Of a stretch of 64,000 nucleotides of DNA, positions 37,222 to 50,554 are shown piece after piece. The DNA comes from Vicugna vicugna (Eukaryota), in contig MU058714.1 of assembly GCA_013265495.1 (NCBI GenBank), positions 992,001 through 1,056,000 on the forward strand. Reading direction: 5' to 3'. How positions within the stretch are numbered: the stretch's first letter is position 1; each line of letters begins with the position of its first letter. Both the position numbers and the translations under genes were made by a program. The notes under the pieces were generated by a model. It did no database searches. It was not told the DNA's origin and saw only the letters and a program-made list of their open reading frames with translations.

Positions 37222-37335
37222 TTTTTTTCTTTAAGATAAAATTGAAATATTATGTTAGTTTCAGGTCCACAACATAGTGATTCAAAATTATTATAGGTTG
37301 TATTCCATTTGTGGTTATTCTAAATGCCCGGCTGT
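37222..37335 (-). mobile_element. Short L1 3'-end fragment
   Basis: aatattatgttagtttcaggtccacaacatagtgattca resembles the antisense L1 3' terminus. Confidence 0.5.
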
Positions 37336-40300
37336 GTTTGATTGACTATTGCAAGTTGGAAATGGAAACTGTACAGAGATGTGGGGTGATCTGAGGCTGT
37401 GAGGTCTGAGTCATTTCCAGTTCACCCTCTGTGCTCAGCTCCGAGCCTAGGGCGTCTTACCAGCACCCCGTCTCCTTGGCAGGCTCTCGCTGCTCGTTGT
37501 CCAGCTCTGTGAGTCGGCCACGCTCAGTTCAGGCTTGTTTGGAATTTGCCAGACGCCCCCGGGGAGGAACGTAGCCCCAGGTGGCAGTTCAAGCGTTAGG
37601 CTTCCCTCTCTCAGGTTTTGGCTCCATAATTCCCCACAGCCTTACCGGCCTTCCAGTGCCTTTAGTAAACTTGCACACACACACACACGGCCTTTCTAGG
37701 TGTTCTCAGTGGGAGGATGGTCTGAGTCACCCCACCTGCTGTTGCCAGGAAGAGAACCCATGACGTCATCTAAACCCTGCGGGAGTCATTGAACCGCTCA
37801 CCCCCGGGTTTGCAGATGTCACTCGGGCCCGGCTGACTCAGCCCTAAGCTGGTGCCCCGGTGACCGCGCAGCTGCACGTCCCCGGGTGAGTGTTGAGCGC
37901 TGCGGTGCAGTGTCTGTAAGCTTCCTGTTTTTAAACAAGTGTGATTCCACTTCCAAGCAGGCGTCCTCACTCGTGTCTCTCTCGTCCCCCGGACTACCCA
38001 GGCGCAGCCCTGCAGTCCCGTTCACGCGGGGCTCTCCTCTGACTGTAAGCCTGCAGACGGGATATTCAGGCCACAGACCACATCGCGCGTTATAAACTGC
38101 AGGTTTCACGCACGCTGGGATGGACTTGGATTGTCAGCGCTTGAAATCTCTGAATGGCTAGAAGAAAGGCGCTGTGTGCTAGGAAGTTCAGACGGTGTTA
38201 GAGTGCTGGCCTGCCCACAGTTCTAAGCAGAGCGAGATTGGAGGGGGTGCTGTGGAGCCGTGGCTTGGTCCGGGCCAGCAGAACGCCAGCACACGGGCAA
38301 ACACGTCACAGAATGCGCCGTCCGGGCACTCTCCCCGCCTTCGTTTCTTCCAAGCGGCTTTCTTTTCCCGCCCAGCTGACTTTTCAGGGTGACTGAGGTG
38401 TGTTTGTTGTGTGTGTGCGTGTCTGGTCTCAGCAGGGCGTTAGCTGAGAAGGTGGCCTTGCACACCTGTCCAGGGACTCCTCTTGGTGCCGAGCGAGCGC
38501 TGGCCCTTACCCGGCCCCACAGGTTGGGACCCTCGGCCCGATCTGTCCGCGTTTATCTGACCGGTATGGACCGATCTGGATATTCAAAAGAATTACTTTA
38601 AAAAGAGATTGTTAGGTTTACCCCCCCGTTTTCTTAGTCACAGGGCATTTCTAAGTAACGAATTATTTGCGTTAAGTAAGTGAACCAGCCCCAGGTTCTC
38701 TGCACCACCATTTCCGTGAAGCCTTTTAAAGCAACAAAGATGTATCTTGCTTTATTTGAACTGAATACGAGATGATATAAGTTCACAAAATAACGCATTT
38801 TTTAAAAGTATTTTCCCTTTTTGGGAAAACTGGCTTAGCCTCCCTCTTATTAAAAGAAAAGGTTTTATTTTTCTTCCTTATTTAAGTAGTACGCGTTCAG
38901 CCTAGGTGTGTAACTAAATACCGAAAAGCAAAAAGGGTTAGAATCACCCGTCGTCTCCAGCGAGCCGAGACGCCCAGCGTTCCTGCTTTGGTGCGGCCCT
39001 CCAGGCCTCTTCTCTGCGCGAGTCCGTGGGCGTTTCTAGCAGGAAGCGCGGCGTCTCTTTGCGCACGGTGGTCTCGGTGCACTTAGAGCTGCTTGAGTCT
39101 GTGCGCGAAGTGCTCTCTGAGGAAGGGTCGCCAAAGTGCCTGTGCTGCTTTCAGATGGTGAAGCTGGGGGCGACTTGTATGCCTACCACGTGAGTGTTTT
39201 TAGTGAGCTTGTGTCATTTTCTTGGAGACCAGAGGTGTGCACTTAATGTTTTGTTTGCGGAGAGCTGTGATTCTTCAGCGGGCGTCCACCACCCGCCGCT
39301 CCTCAGGTGTGGACGGAGCACCTGCTAAGCGTTAGATGCTCAGCGCCGAGAGCTGGGTCGGCTCGAGGAAGGCCGGGAAGCCGCTCCCCGAGCGCCCGGG
39401 GCCTGGCGGGAGGCCTGGCCTGGGCACCTGTCGTCTACTGCAGAGACGTCTGCAGAATTGACTGCGGGGGCCTCGGCAGAACCTGAAGGCCTGGTGGGAC
39501 CCCGGGTGGGGCGGGAGGAGGCCGAGCGTGGGGGCTGCCCGGTGCTCCCCAGCGGGGGGCCCCGGCTGACATCTCCCCGCCCGCGGGTGTCCCCGACCAC
39601 GCTCCCCCCCGCTGTGCGCCGGCCGTCCTCGGGCCTGGGCCGGGAGCTGCTGGCGCGTGTGGGAGCGGCTGTTTTTAGGTCGGGAAGTAAGGAGAGTCAG
39701 AGCTGCGGGCTGTGCGCTCGCCGAGTGCTTAGCGCTCCTCCAGGATCTGGGGGGCTGGTTTATGTCAAAGAAAGCAAGTCTTGCCCATAAGGGATTTGTT
39801 TTCTCCTTACACAGACAGCTACCGTGCACGGAGCGGTGGTGGCTAAGCACGGAGGAGAAGTGGTGTCCGTGACGGGGGGTGCCTGGGAGGTGCAGGGTGT
39901 CATGCAGTTCCAGCTGAGAAGGAGCCTAACAGGCTGTCGGGGTCACTGACGGGGAGCTTGGCGCCTGGCTTGTCCAGACTGGGCCAGAACCAGCCCACGG
40001 GGCCGGGAGGCTGTTCCTAGTGGGCAGATGAGAGGAGACAGAGCTGGGTGTCTCCGTCCAACTGCGAGGTAATGGCCCAAGCAGAGGGAGCTAGTTTCAA
40101 AGTTCAATGTGCCGAGTTGGGCAGTGATGGATGCCGTGAAGCCCAGTGGGACTGTTTCCCTAACTGGGTCGGCAGTGATCTTGCCCGTGCTCCTCGTGGG
40201 CCTGGCAGCGGCCCGTCCGGGGGCTGGTGGGCTCCCCACCTCCCACCTCCAGCCAGAGGGGTGCTGCTTTCCTGTGTTCTGAGCCGGGTCTCGTCGGGGT

Positions 40301-42721
40301 CGAGGTAGCTCGGGGGTCCCTGGCAACCCCGCAGTGGTAAGCAGCGGCCCCTGTAGGTTCCGAGGGAAGGTAACCTAGGGGCTGCAGGCTGGGAGTGGGT
40401 CACGGGGGCCGCGGGGATGCCTTTGCAGGCGGAAGGCATGTCTGGCGGGGAGCGAGGTGTGCACGGAGCCTGGCTGAGGAACGGGGCAGGATGAGGGGGC
40501 TTGCCTCTGGGTCCCCAGGGACACTGGGAGTGGGGAGAAGACACAGGGGAGCTTGACTTTAGACGTGTTCAGTCTGAGCCGCGAGGACCGCAGGCAGGGG
40601 GGCACGCACGTGGGGTGACCTCGTCGGACCTGGGGGCGGGCTGGGCCGCGGACGGAGGGCGGCGCTGAACGTGGCTGGTGAGCCCAGATACCGGGGAGCA
40701 GACGTGGGCTGGCAGCGGCGGTGGGGAGCTTGAGGCGGCATCTGCTGCTTCTCCTTCTGCAGTGCTCTCCCCTTTATTTTGGTCCCCACTTTGCATATGA
40801 GGCTCGTCTGGGTGACTCAGCAGAGGACCCAGACGCCAGAAGTCACCCAGACACAGCACAGCTGGGGCCAGAGTTCAGGCTTTGTCTCCTCCCAGTTTCG
40901 TGATCTATTCCTAAACTACAGCTCTTTGTGCTTTTCGCACAGAAGTCAGTCCTTGATTATCACTGTGGGTTGACGCTGTAAAAGGGCCACCTTGATTACG
41001 GATGAAAGCAGGGGGAGGGCTGGAGGGAACTCCAGCGGCCGAGCGGCCTTCCCTCGCAGCCCGGCGTCAGCGGGGCGGACGGCCCCGGGCGAGCCGGGGT
41101 TTGACGTGTCTTAGGGTCAGACACAGGGAAAACGGAGGCAGGAGTTTCTGGCAGGACTTAGTTCTCCGTGACGTGAAACGGGAGAGAAGTGGGGCCTGCT
41201 CCCACCGCGTCCCAGTGTGGCACCCCCGTCTGCGGGATGCAGAAGGCAGGCCTTGGGTGGTTGGTGGTTGGTCGGTTGCGCGGTTCCCAGGTCTGAAATC
41301 GTCGGGCAGGCGACTTGGTCTGTGGTTGCTCAGTGAACTTAGTGAAGGTCACCAGTGGCAGGTTGAGAGGCCATGGGGAGAGTCGGGTTTTGTGTTTGTC
41401 TGCCAGTAATTGTCACAAGACGAGGATTGAAAAAACACACCTAAATGCACGCCGACCCCCACCTGCCAAGGAGGGCCCTCTGTCCCCCCTCCCTGATGGC
41501 TCGGCCGCAGGGCGGGGAGTCTGGGAGCCTGCTCAGGATGGGCTACGCCTGAGTGAGGCGCCTCGTCTGGGTTTGGAAATAGACCTCGGGCAGACCCTCC
41601 ATCTGCCAAGAATGCCACGGGTCACCAGCCGGCTGCCCACTGCCCTGTCCCTGCCCACATGTGGCTTCACCCAGGGCCCAGGACGAGGAGGGAGCCCGCG
41701 GGCACAGGGCATCTAGCAGGTGCTGACCGCGTGCAGCCGTGGGGCGCGGGAGCATCCCCGCCACTGCACTTCGGGCCTTTCCTTCCGGCCGTCCCCCCGT
41801 GCACGTGCTCTGTGTGGCCGGGGAGCACGATGTTCTCTGCCTCTCTGCTTGCTGTCGCAGGGCAGGCCTCGCCCACAGCAGCAGACGCTCACAGATGGCG
41901 GCCTCACACCTCGCGGTTGTTGCGTCGTGGCTGTGCTGGGATTAGCCGCTTCTCTCCTGCTGTCACACAGGGGGTTTCTGACTTTCACTGTGGGCCTCGC
42001 TTCCCCATTCTTTGTTTGGGTTCAGGACTGATTCCTGGGAGCAGACTTGCTGAGGAAGGGGTACAGACGTTTTCTGGCCTCGGCGTGTCTGTCCTTTCCG
42101 GAAGGGTCCAGCCAGCTCACACTCCTGAGGCCACGGACGAAGCATCACTCAGAATGTCCCTCAGTAGCCTGTCTGGGTCCCCCAGCGGGGACGCGAGCAC
42201 AGCTCCCCTCAGACCCCCGGGTGGCCCGTGCACTGCTGGGCCTGCCTCTGCCTCCTCACCACTGGCATTTTCCGTCCAGTAATGATGTGCCCAGGCCTCC
42301 GCGTGAGTTTAAGAGGCGGGATCTGGGCCTGAGTGGCTTTACTTTCACGTTGAGCAGATCATGGGGTGAAGAGCTCAGCCCAGAGGGGAGGCCAGGCCAG
42401 GCCCCAGATCCTGCCTGAAGGGCATGCCTCGACTAGGGTGGGCACCCCGTGGCCTCAGGGTGCAGTGCTGAGCGCAGTGGGTGACCCCAAGGCCCCGAGG
42501 GCCTCCCAGGTTGGCGGAGCTCCCAGCTGGCGTCACACCACGTCCGCTGCTTCTGTGTAGGTGGAGGGGGAGAAAGTGAAATGGGGGTTGGGTTTTAAGG
42601 AATGAGGTCAGAGGTGGAGGAGTCTGGAGAATCCCCCGGTGGCCGAGCCTCTCCTGCCCCTGGTCTGACGCCCCCTTGTCCACTCCCATGCCGGTTGCCA
42701 TGACAGCTTCATGTCTCCTAG

Positions 42722-42822
42722 GATCCCTGGGCGGCTCAACGACAGGAGGACGCCGCTGGGCGAGCTGAACTGGATCTTCACGGCCATCACGGACACCATC
42801 GCCTGGAACGTGCTTCCTCGGG
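42722..42822 (+). CDS. RPTOR: Raptor coding exon (exon 8 equivalent, 101 nt): (K)[33 protein letters not shown](D)
   Basis: Acceptor tctcctag|GATC, donor CGGG|gtgagg; peptide visible in ORF 42711-43031. Confidence 0.98.
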
Positions 42823-43079
42823 GTGAGGCTGGCGGCGGGCGGGGGGCGGGGGGCTGCCTGGGCTCAGGAGACGGGTCCCTCGACGGGGTGCTGCAGAGCT
42901 GCTGGTACCATCCGTGTTTCCTAGAACCAGAAAACGTGAGTGCGTGTACCGCCAGGGTGAAATATGCGTGTTCGTCCCAACTTGCTCGTCCAACAAGTTA
43001 TGATGGAAGTAAATTTGCGTATTTGCTTTAAGCGCTGGATGTGAGTCACTGAAGACATCTTTTTACCCTCTGTCCCCAG

Positions 43080-43224
43080 ATCTCTTCCAAAAGCTCTTCA
43101 GACAGGACCTGCTGGTGGCCAGTCTGTTTCGAAACTTCTTACTGGCGGAGAGGATCATGAGGTCGTATAACTGCACCCCGGTCAGCAGCCCCCGCCTGCC
43201 ACCCACCTACATGCACACCATGTG
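43080..43224 (+). CDS. RPTOR: Raptor coding exon (exon 9 equivalent, 145 nt): (D)[47 protein letters not shown](W)
   Basis: Acceptor tgtccccag|ATCTC, donor ATGTG|gtgagt. Confidence 0.98.
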
Positions 43225-46200
43225 GTGAGTGTCTCCCAGGGTCAGCCGACGCCAAGCAGGCAGGCGTGCCTCCGAAGGTGGAGGCCGGGGTGGTGCCAGC
43301 AAGCGACAGGGTTGTCCCCAGGCTCACCTGAGCCCCCTGAGGGCTGAGCGGGCAAGACCAGCGCCTCCGGGGCCCTCGGTCCTCACCCGGGGTTGGTTTC
43401 TGGCTGTGGGTGGGTGTTGAGGAAAGAAGCTGCCAGCTGGATTCCTGACCTGTGTCCAGGGTTGCTCCAGAGAAGTAAAGCTGTTGGTTCCTGGCCAGTT
43501 AACTGGCACGCCCGCTTCACACGTGCGTGCACCTGCACACGCTCACGCACACACGAATGTGGTCTTCGTGACACTTTTACGCTGACTGTAAATTCCCTGC
43601 AGAACTGGCTTGCCGCTCCGTACACCACTGCGAACAGAGGTCACAACGTGACGGGGACACTGGCTCGAGTCCAGACCTTGTGACTGAAGGCCCTGGTTTC
43701 TTCCCGTTTCCTTGCTCTTGTGACGCACGCAGTTTGGGGGGCGCTCGATGGGCAGCAGCAGGGAGAACACGTCCCGGCTCCGTCTGGCCGGGGAAGCCCC
43801 GCCGCCAGTACTTCAGAAGCGCGGGTTACTCCCGCCCAGCCCCAGGGGCCGTTTTATGGTGTGTTGTCAGCGCCAGGTTTGTTTGGGTAGTGGTTTTTGG
43901 TTTTGCGCTTTAATGTGTGCACGGCCCCTTTCCCCCAGCTCTGGAAACCCAGAGAACCAAGAAGGATTTGGGAAACTCGCTGCCTCTCGTCCACTCAGGG
44001 AAAAGCTGGACTCAGCACCCATATCCATGAGCTAAATCCAGGGTCCCCTGCACACCAGACCGTCAGTAGAAATCACACGCAGACATGCTCCAGCCGTAGC
44101 CTCCTCAAGCATTTCTAGGATAAAACAGAACAGAGTTGCGGGGAAGCAGGGACGGGGCCGGACCTCCGTGGAGGAGCCGGCTGTGCGGCAGCGTGATTTC
44201 GGCGAGAACAGAGCGGCGGGACAGCGGGTGCGGTGCCTTGAATCCGCGAAGACAGGAGCTGGAGGAGGGGTGTTGGGCGCTTGGAGTGAGTGATCAGGAA
44301 GAAGACGCGCGTTTCTGGAAGAGAAGACCCTCCAAGCAGCCTCGTCCCGCAAGGAAAGCGGTGCCTTAAGTTCTGCTTCTTCTGAGCCGGGTGTTTATAA
44401 ACCATGAATTATAAAGAAAGGGAAGGAAAAGGAAAAGGAGCTCAGCCGGGTCGCTGGCCCGTCTGCTCGTGGACGGAAACCTAGCAACGCCACCCCCAGG
44501 GTTTTCTGCTTTCCTGGCCCCGACCTCCCTGTGCATTCGGGGGCCTCAGGCGGCCGACGTGCACCCTGAGGACGGGGGTGCCGTCCGGGTCCCCAGCCTG
44601 CACGTCCCCCACCCCGCAGAGCGCTGTCCGTGGCCGGGCCTCCTACTGGCTCCCTTTTAGGCAAATTCTGGTTATTGCAGGGTGGGCTCCGTGGGGAGCG
44701 GACTCAGAGTCGGGGTCAGCGTGAGGCTGCCGTGGGGGTACTCCTGGGGTCACCCCGACCCCCCTCGACCAGCGCATTCCCAGCCACCTCCTGCTTCTCT
44801 CCAGCCCCCGCCGCCCCGTCCGTGTCGCGTCCACCCATCCCAGCCCGGGAACCAGGAACAGGACTGGAGAGGCCCTCTGACAGCCTTGGACGAGGAAAGC
44901 CGTCCGTCAGAAGAGCGGCGCTCTGAGGGGAGGCTGGGCAGCCCCCGGCGCCTGCCGGGACGGCGGTGCAGCTGCGATCCACCGCCTGGAAGCACAGGGG
45001 CTTCTTGGGGCGACGCCTGTGACGCCTGTCGCCGTGCCAGACGCCCTCTTGTCCTTTCGCGCTGGTTGGGGCCCCCGGCTGAGACTCAGGCTCCTCTCAC
45101 AGGAGTCGGCGGTGGCGAGCTCTCGGCGGGAGGCTCACACGCACGAAGCCCACGTCCTGTCTGCATGAGGGTTTCCTGACAGCAGGGCCAGCGTGAGTCT
45201 GCCGCCAGAGTAAGCGTTAGGCAGGCCCGTGAAATGCTGAAAGTTATGCCACTAACCAACTTTGGTCGGGAATCGAATGTCAGGTCAGACTTCTGACTGG
45301 AGAAGACCCGTGCCCTCAGGACGACGACCGGGCGGGAGGGGAGAGGAGCCGTGGGCCAGCAGCCGGGCGGCTGCGCGTCTCCCGGGAGTAGCACCACGCC
45401 GGGGTCTCCAGGGGCAAGCCCCCTTCACCCCCTGCCAGCCTCCTTGTTGACCAGACGGACAGCTGCTCTACCCGGAGCGTCCTGCGCTCCAGCTGGTGTC
45501 CAACAGGGAGCCCCCTGGGTGGGCCGGGCTGCCGTGCTCTGGGTGTTGGGAGGAGACCACTGCTCAGGGCTGGCGAGAAGCTCTGTTGCTGTATGAAGTC
45601 GTGCAGAATTGTCTTCTGTCAAGTCAGATCAGAAATACTTGGTGTGAACGTGGGTCAGGCGGCTGCGTGGGGCATGGCCTCGCCGAGGCAGCTGACTAGG
45701 ATGGATGCGAATCCTCTCCTGTGTTCTGCCTCCCCCCTGCAGGTGGTTAGAGGCGGTGGTTGGAATACTGGATAGTTGGTAACCCCAAATCCAGCGGCTC
45801 TACGGGGTGGGGCATGGCGCCCCTCCGCTCTCCCCGAGGCCATGACTGCTCCTGGTCCCGGGAGGCTGGGGCCATGGTCCCTGTCCTGGGTGGCAAGTGT
45901 CCTGCCCAAAGCCCTGTCCTCAGGGGAGGTGGGAGGGTGGTGGTGAAGGAACAGCCAGTGGGCTCGGTTGCACAGACAGGGAAGCGTGAGTCCTGGAAAC
46001 CCCAAGGCCAGCGCAGCTGCACTCGGGTTTGCACACTGCCCCCGCGGTCCGAGGCGCCCGGGTGCTCGGTGCCGAGTGGGCTCTCAGCCGGGTTCACCCA
46101 GGTGATGATGCTCATGACAACGATGCCCGTTGCTCCTCTGCCCCCTTGTAAATAGACCGATGTTTGTGCGTCCCCAGGGAGCCAGTGCACAGCCAGCACA

Positions 46201-48690
46201 GTCAGAAAGAGCATTCGGAATAAATAATTTACCATCTCGTTACTGTACTCTGTGGGTGGTGATGGAGAGGCTGAGCTTTCGGGCGAGGAGGGGGCAGGGA
46301 ACAGAGCCTGGCAGAACTGAGGTTAAAGCAGGACGTCCACAGGCTCACGTGGGCTCCAGGCGGGGCCGGAGATGAAGGGCCCGGTGCCCGCTCGGCTGCT
46401 GTTTAATTTTTGATGAGAAGCCATCGGGGAGTCGTTTGCCTTCACTTTCCATTTCAGTGGGTCCCGAAACCTCGCGTTTCCCCGCAGTGGTAACCTGCAC
46501 TCCTCCCCCTCGAGGGAGCCCGTCCGCTGACTGACGGGTGCAGATGGAGCTGGGTACTCTTGGAAGGCGCCCCGCCCGGCCCACTCCTCGGGCGCCTGCC
46601 ATCTGAGCCCGTTTCCTGAAAACCCGAGCTCCTGCCTGGGTGGCACGTTTTCCAGGCCGTGATTCATCGGCCGCCCACGGCCCACAGGCCCCGCTGCTCC
46701 ACGCTGAGGCGCGGGGAGGCCCGGGTCCTCCCTCCCGGGGGCGCAGCGCGCTGGTCGCAGGGGCCGTGGGAAGTGCGAACATGGACACCTCCCTGGTTCC
46801 GCCAGCACGCGCGCCCGCCGCCGCGGCTCAGGATTTACGGGACCCACTTCCCACTTTCCCTGGGTGAGAAGCCCAAATTAAGACTCCAAGTTGGTTTTAA
46901 TTCTATCCTAGAAAATGCAGCCAGTTTTAACCCACCAAGTAGATGCTCAGCAGAGCTCCGTGCTGCTGCTGGGAACGCTGCCACGCGACCTCAGTGCTTA
47001 AGGGGACTCCGAGGTCCTCCTCCCGACCCTGTCCTCGTGCTCAGAACAAACAGCCACAGGCCCGGGGTGGGGGCTGGCTCCCAGCGCCAGCCTGCCGCAG
47101 GCTCCCAGCCTCGTTTGGCCACTCAGTGTCCAGTAGGTCTCAGGTGTTTTCAGGCACCCTTCCTCCCTCCTGTCCTCCGGGAGCCTCAGCAGAGCCCTTG
47201 GCCCCTGTCATTTCGACAGTCCTCGGCCCTGCCTCGCTCCCAGGACCCTGGTGAGGCCCCCGCTTCAGGGCTCCCTCTCAGGTCCGCAGCCTCCTCTGAG
47301 CTGCTTTCCTGGAACCAAAATGTGCGCCTGGCAGAGGACTCGGCTCCTGGGGGTTGGACCCGCTGGGTTCCAGGCCATGGGGTCGTCAGACCATGCCAGC
47401 CACACTGCTCAGAAGGCCGTCTCCCGGGCCCGAGGCAGCCTCACGGGGCTGGCTCGCACCTGGGAGGGGCTGGGCGGCAGCAGTGGGGGCCTCTCCAGGG
47501 AAGCCCGGCTCCCTGGAGGCGGTGCCGGCCAAGGGCCCGCGGGGCTGCCAGGCGCAGTGCTGGGGGACCCGCGTGTCGGCTGCAGCAAGACCGCCGGCTG
47601 CCCGGGCCTCTGCCCACTTCACCGCCCCAACCGGGGCACTTTGTTCTCACTTCCCAAGTTGAAACTTCTTATGTGATCAAATCCGAATCCTCTTTCTGGA
47701 GCTTAAGTGCAGTGACTGACTTTGCTTCTGTCTGGACAAAGAGGAGGTGCCCCCCCACCCCCCGCGCTGCGAGAGCCACCCTGCCACAGCCTGGGCGCGT
47801 GCTGAGCCCCTGGGAGCCGTTCACTGCCCGGCTCTCAGGCACTGCCGACTACCTCCTGATTGCCTCCTGATTAGGTCGGTGCAGGCAGGCAGCTCGTGCA
47901 GAGGGGCTGGTCTGGGGGAAAAGAAACACGCCGTACACGTGAAAATGAAGCAGAGCCCTCTGGTCTTTTGTTCATCGTACACTTTGCTGTGTTTTGGGTG
48001 TTTTCACTTTTCATGCGTGTTTTGATCCCCTATGAAAAAGCGTGAGAGGGCGCCTCCCGCCCACAGGCGGGCGGTTATCAGTCTGGCAGCCCGAGCGCAG
48101 CTGCCATGTGCCGGGGGTGGTGCTGGGGAAGCTGTGGCAGGTCCAGAGACTAAGCCCCTGGTCTGACCGTCACTGTCTTTGTTCCAACGGGGAGCAGTTT
48201 CTAGAAGAAGAGGGAGAACACTAGGACCCAAGCCTTGTCCTGTGGCCCCAGGGAAAGCTAGGGGACTGCGTGTCTGGTGTGGAGTCAGCCTTGAGCACCG
48301 CTGCGGCGTCTCTGCACGCCACCACCCGCCAGGGCCTCGCCGGACCCGGGGACAGCGTCGCTAGCCCGGCTCACGGGCGGGAAGCCGACCCTGGGAGGCG
48401 CGCTGGAGCTCCGGGCCCGGAGTCCTGCAGGCGGCGCAGCCGGTCTGATGCCGCAGGGAGCTGGGGCGCAGCTGAGCGCGCCCTTCCCAGCACGGGAGGG
48501 CCGCCTACCTGGGCGAGTGGTGTGCCACCGGACGGTGCCGATCCCGAGGGAGGGCCGCGGGGGACGGGGACAGGAGGCTGTGGGCTGGTCGAGGCCGGCC
48601 AGCTCCTGGTGCCCGCCCCCGAGGCTGTGGCTCCGCCGTCAGGGCCCTGTCAGGCGGGCCGTCACTAATGCATCATGGTTCCCTCCACAG

Positions 48691-48766
48691 GCAAGCCTGG
48701 GACCTGGCCGTCGACATCTGTCTCTCCCAGCTGCCGACCATCATCGAGGAAGGCACGGCGTTTCGG
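48691..48766 (+). CDS. RPTOR: Raptor coding exon (exon 10 equivalent, 76 nt): (W)QAWDLAVDICLSQLPTIIEEGTAFR
   Basis: Acceptor ccctccacag|GCAA, donor CGG|gtgagt. Confidence 0.98.
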
Positions 48767-49444
48767 GTGAGTCCTCTGAGGGCGCCCACATGGTCCATGC
48801 GGCGGCCGCTCCTCTGAACACCTGGTCTGCAAGCCCCGCTTGGGGCAGAGACGCCCTCTCCAGCCTGGGAGAGATGGTGCGCCGGAAGTGTTTCAGGTCG
48901 GGTCACTGGGATTAAACTTAGATTTCGGCGTGGTCCACTCCTAGGAGCCTCTCCCCTGCTGCTGTGGGCGGGGATCTGTGTTCCCAGGCTCACTGCCTCA
49001 TCCCAGGTCCTGAGCCTCTTCACTGCTAAGGACGTTGGGGATGCGCGCCCTGCTGCCCGGCGGCCGTGCGGACACCTCTGAGGCTGGGGCTTGGCCCAGG
49101 CAGAGGTCTGGTCCCCGGGCGAGCGTCCTGGGTGGGGCCTGGTGGCCTTGAGTTAATCTTCTTCCACTCAGCTCCTGAGGCGACTTGACTCCCCCACCTT
49201 GGGCGTCTTCATGAGGGCCCCTCCGGCCTCCCCTGCCCGTGCCACACCCTTCTTCCGTTCACGGTCCATCTGCTGAGTGTTGGCTGAGGGCACGGGTGAG
49301 GCCCCCTGGAGAAGCCCGTGGGCTTGGAGCAGTTAGACCCAGACCGGCCCTGAGGCTGAGCCGAAGGAGGGTGGGGTCAGGGCCAGAGTCACTGGCCTTC
49401 TCTCACCCCGTCACCTCGGCCCCGTGCGCAGCTTATTCCGGCCT

Positions 49445-49555
49445 TCTGCTGCCGGTGCCTCAGTTTCCTTGTTTTAAATCAGGAATTATAATTGTATCCA
49501 ATTCAAGGGACACATGAGGCCTGGAGCACAGAGCCTGTGCGTGACGTGTGTTGGA
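49445..49555 (+). mobile_element. MIR core fragment
   Basis: gtgcctcagtttccttgttttaaatcaggaattataat...agcacagagcctg. Confidence 0.5.
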
Positions 49556-50554
49556 CCTTGGTGTCCACACAGCCCTTGAGCAAGGTCAGAGGCACCGTGT
49601 CCGGGGAAGGTGAGGGTCACTGCAACAGTTTTCAACTTGTAGTTCACATCACAGCCACAGGGGAGCTCTTAAGGTACTGAGTCAGGGGCGGGTGTGTGAG
49701 CTGTGTGCGTGTGCGTGTATCTGCGGGGCGTGTGCCTGTTTGGGGGTATGTGGCGGGCGTGCGTGTGTGCGTGTGACTCCTCAGATGGCTTCAGTGCCCC
49801 TCAAGGCTGCGGTGCCTGGACTGAGAGGTCCTCCCTCTGTTCTGTCTTCTCTTTCCTTCCTCTTTATTGTTTGAACCTTTCCATATTTTATCATGGATGT
49901 TTTCAAGCCCACAGCAAAGTTGGGAGAATTCTGCAGCGAGCCCCCACCTGCCCCTGCTGAGGGTCTGCGCCCACGGCTCGGCCCGCTGTCCGCCCACCTA
50001 CACCTTCAGCGCACCTAAAGCCCGTGTTGGCTCTGAACCCCGGAGGGGCGCCGGCAGGGCCTTCTCTGGGTTCCCGCGGGTGTTTGGCGTCGCCCGGAGG
50101 GACCGGTCCCCCGGCCCGCACTCTTGCGGACCGGGCCCGCTGCCGCAAACACGGCTCAGGAAGCCTCACCGGCTTGGGCTTCGCTGTGCTCCGCGCCAGG
50201 TCTCCCTTGCGTGTGAGGGGGTCGGCGCTGCACGCCGCCGGCTGGGTCGCACGGGTCCCGTGCCCTCCCCCGCCAGGGCCAGGCCTCTCCTCGGGGCTCT
50301 TCACCCGCGTTTCCCATCTGCTACAGTCGCTCTTGCATCTGGAAGTCACCTCACCAACCCGTGACGGGGAGGGCGACCTGACATCGGCCACATACCAGCT
50401 TTTTCATTCGGTTTTCACTCCTTAGGAAGCATAACACACACACAGTCCGCAGGCACCAGGTCCGGCACCCGCACGTCAGGGGTCCCTGGGGGCCCCTCCT
50501 GCCCCGGCTCCCGCCCCCCCGCCACCCCGCTGGCCTGTTTCATATGGACCCGTG

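Noticed and set aside
42711-43031. ORFs that contain Raptor peptide plus long extensions (also 52418-53194, 57204-57776, 59259-59732)
   Set aside because: The extensions are intron read-through beyond clear splice sites.
46659-47870. Longest ORF (403 aa, + strand)
   Set aside because: Pro/Arg/Gly/Ala-rich, no recognisable domain, inside RPTOR intron 9; long ORFs are expected by chance at this GC content.
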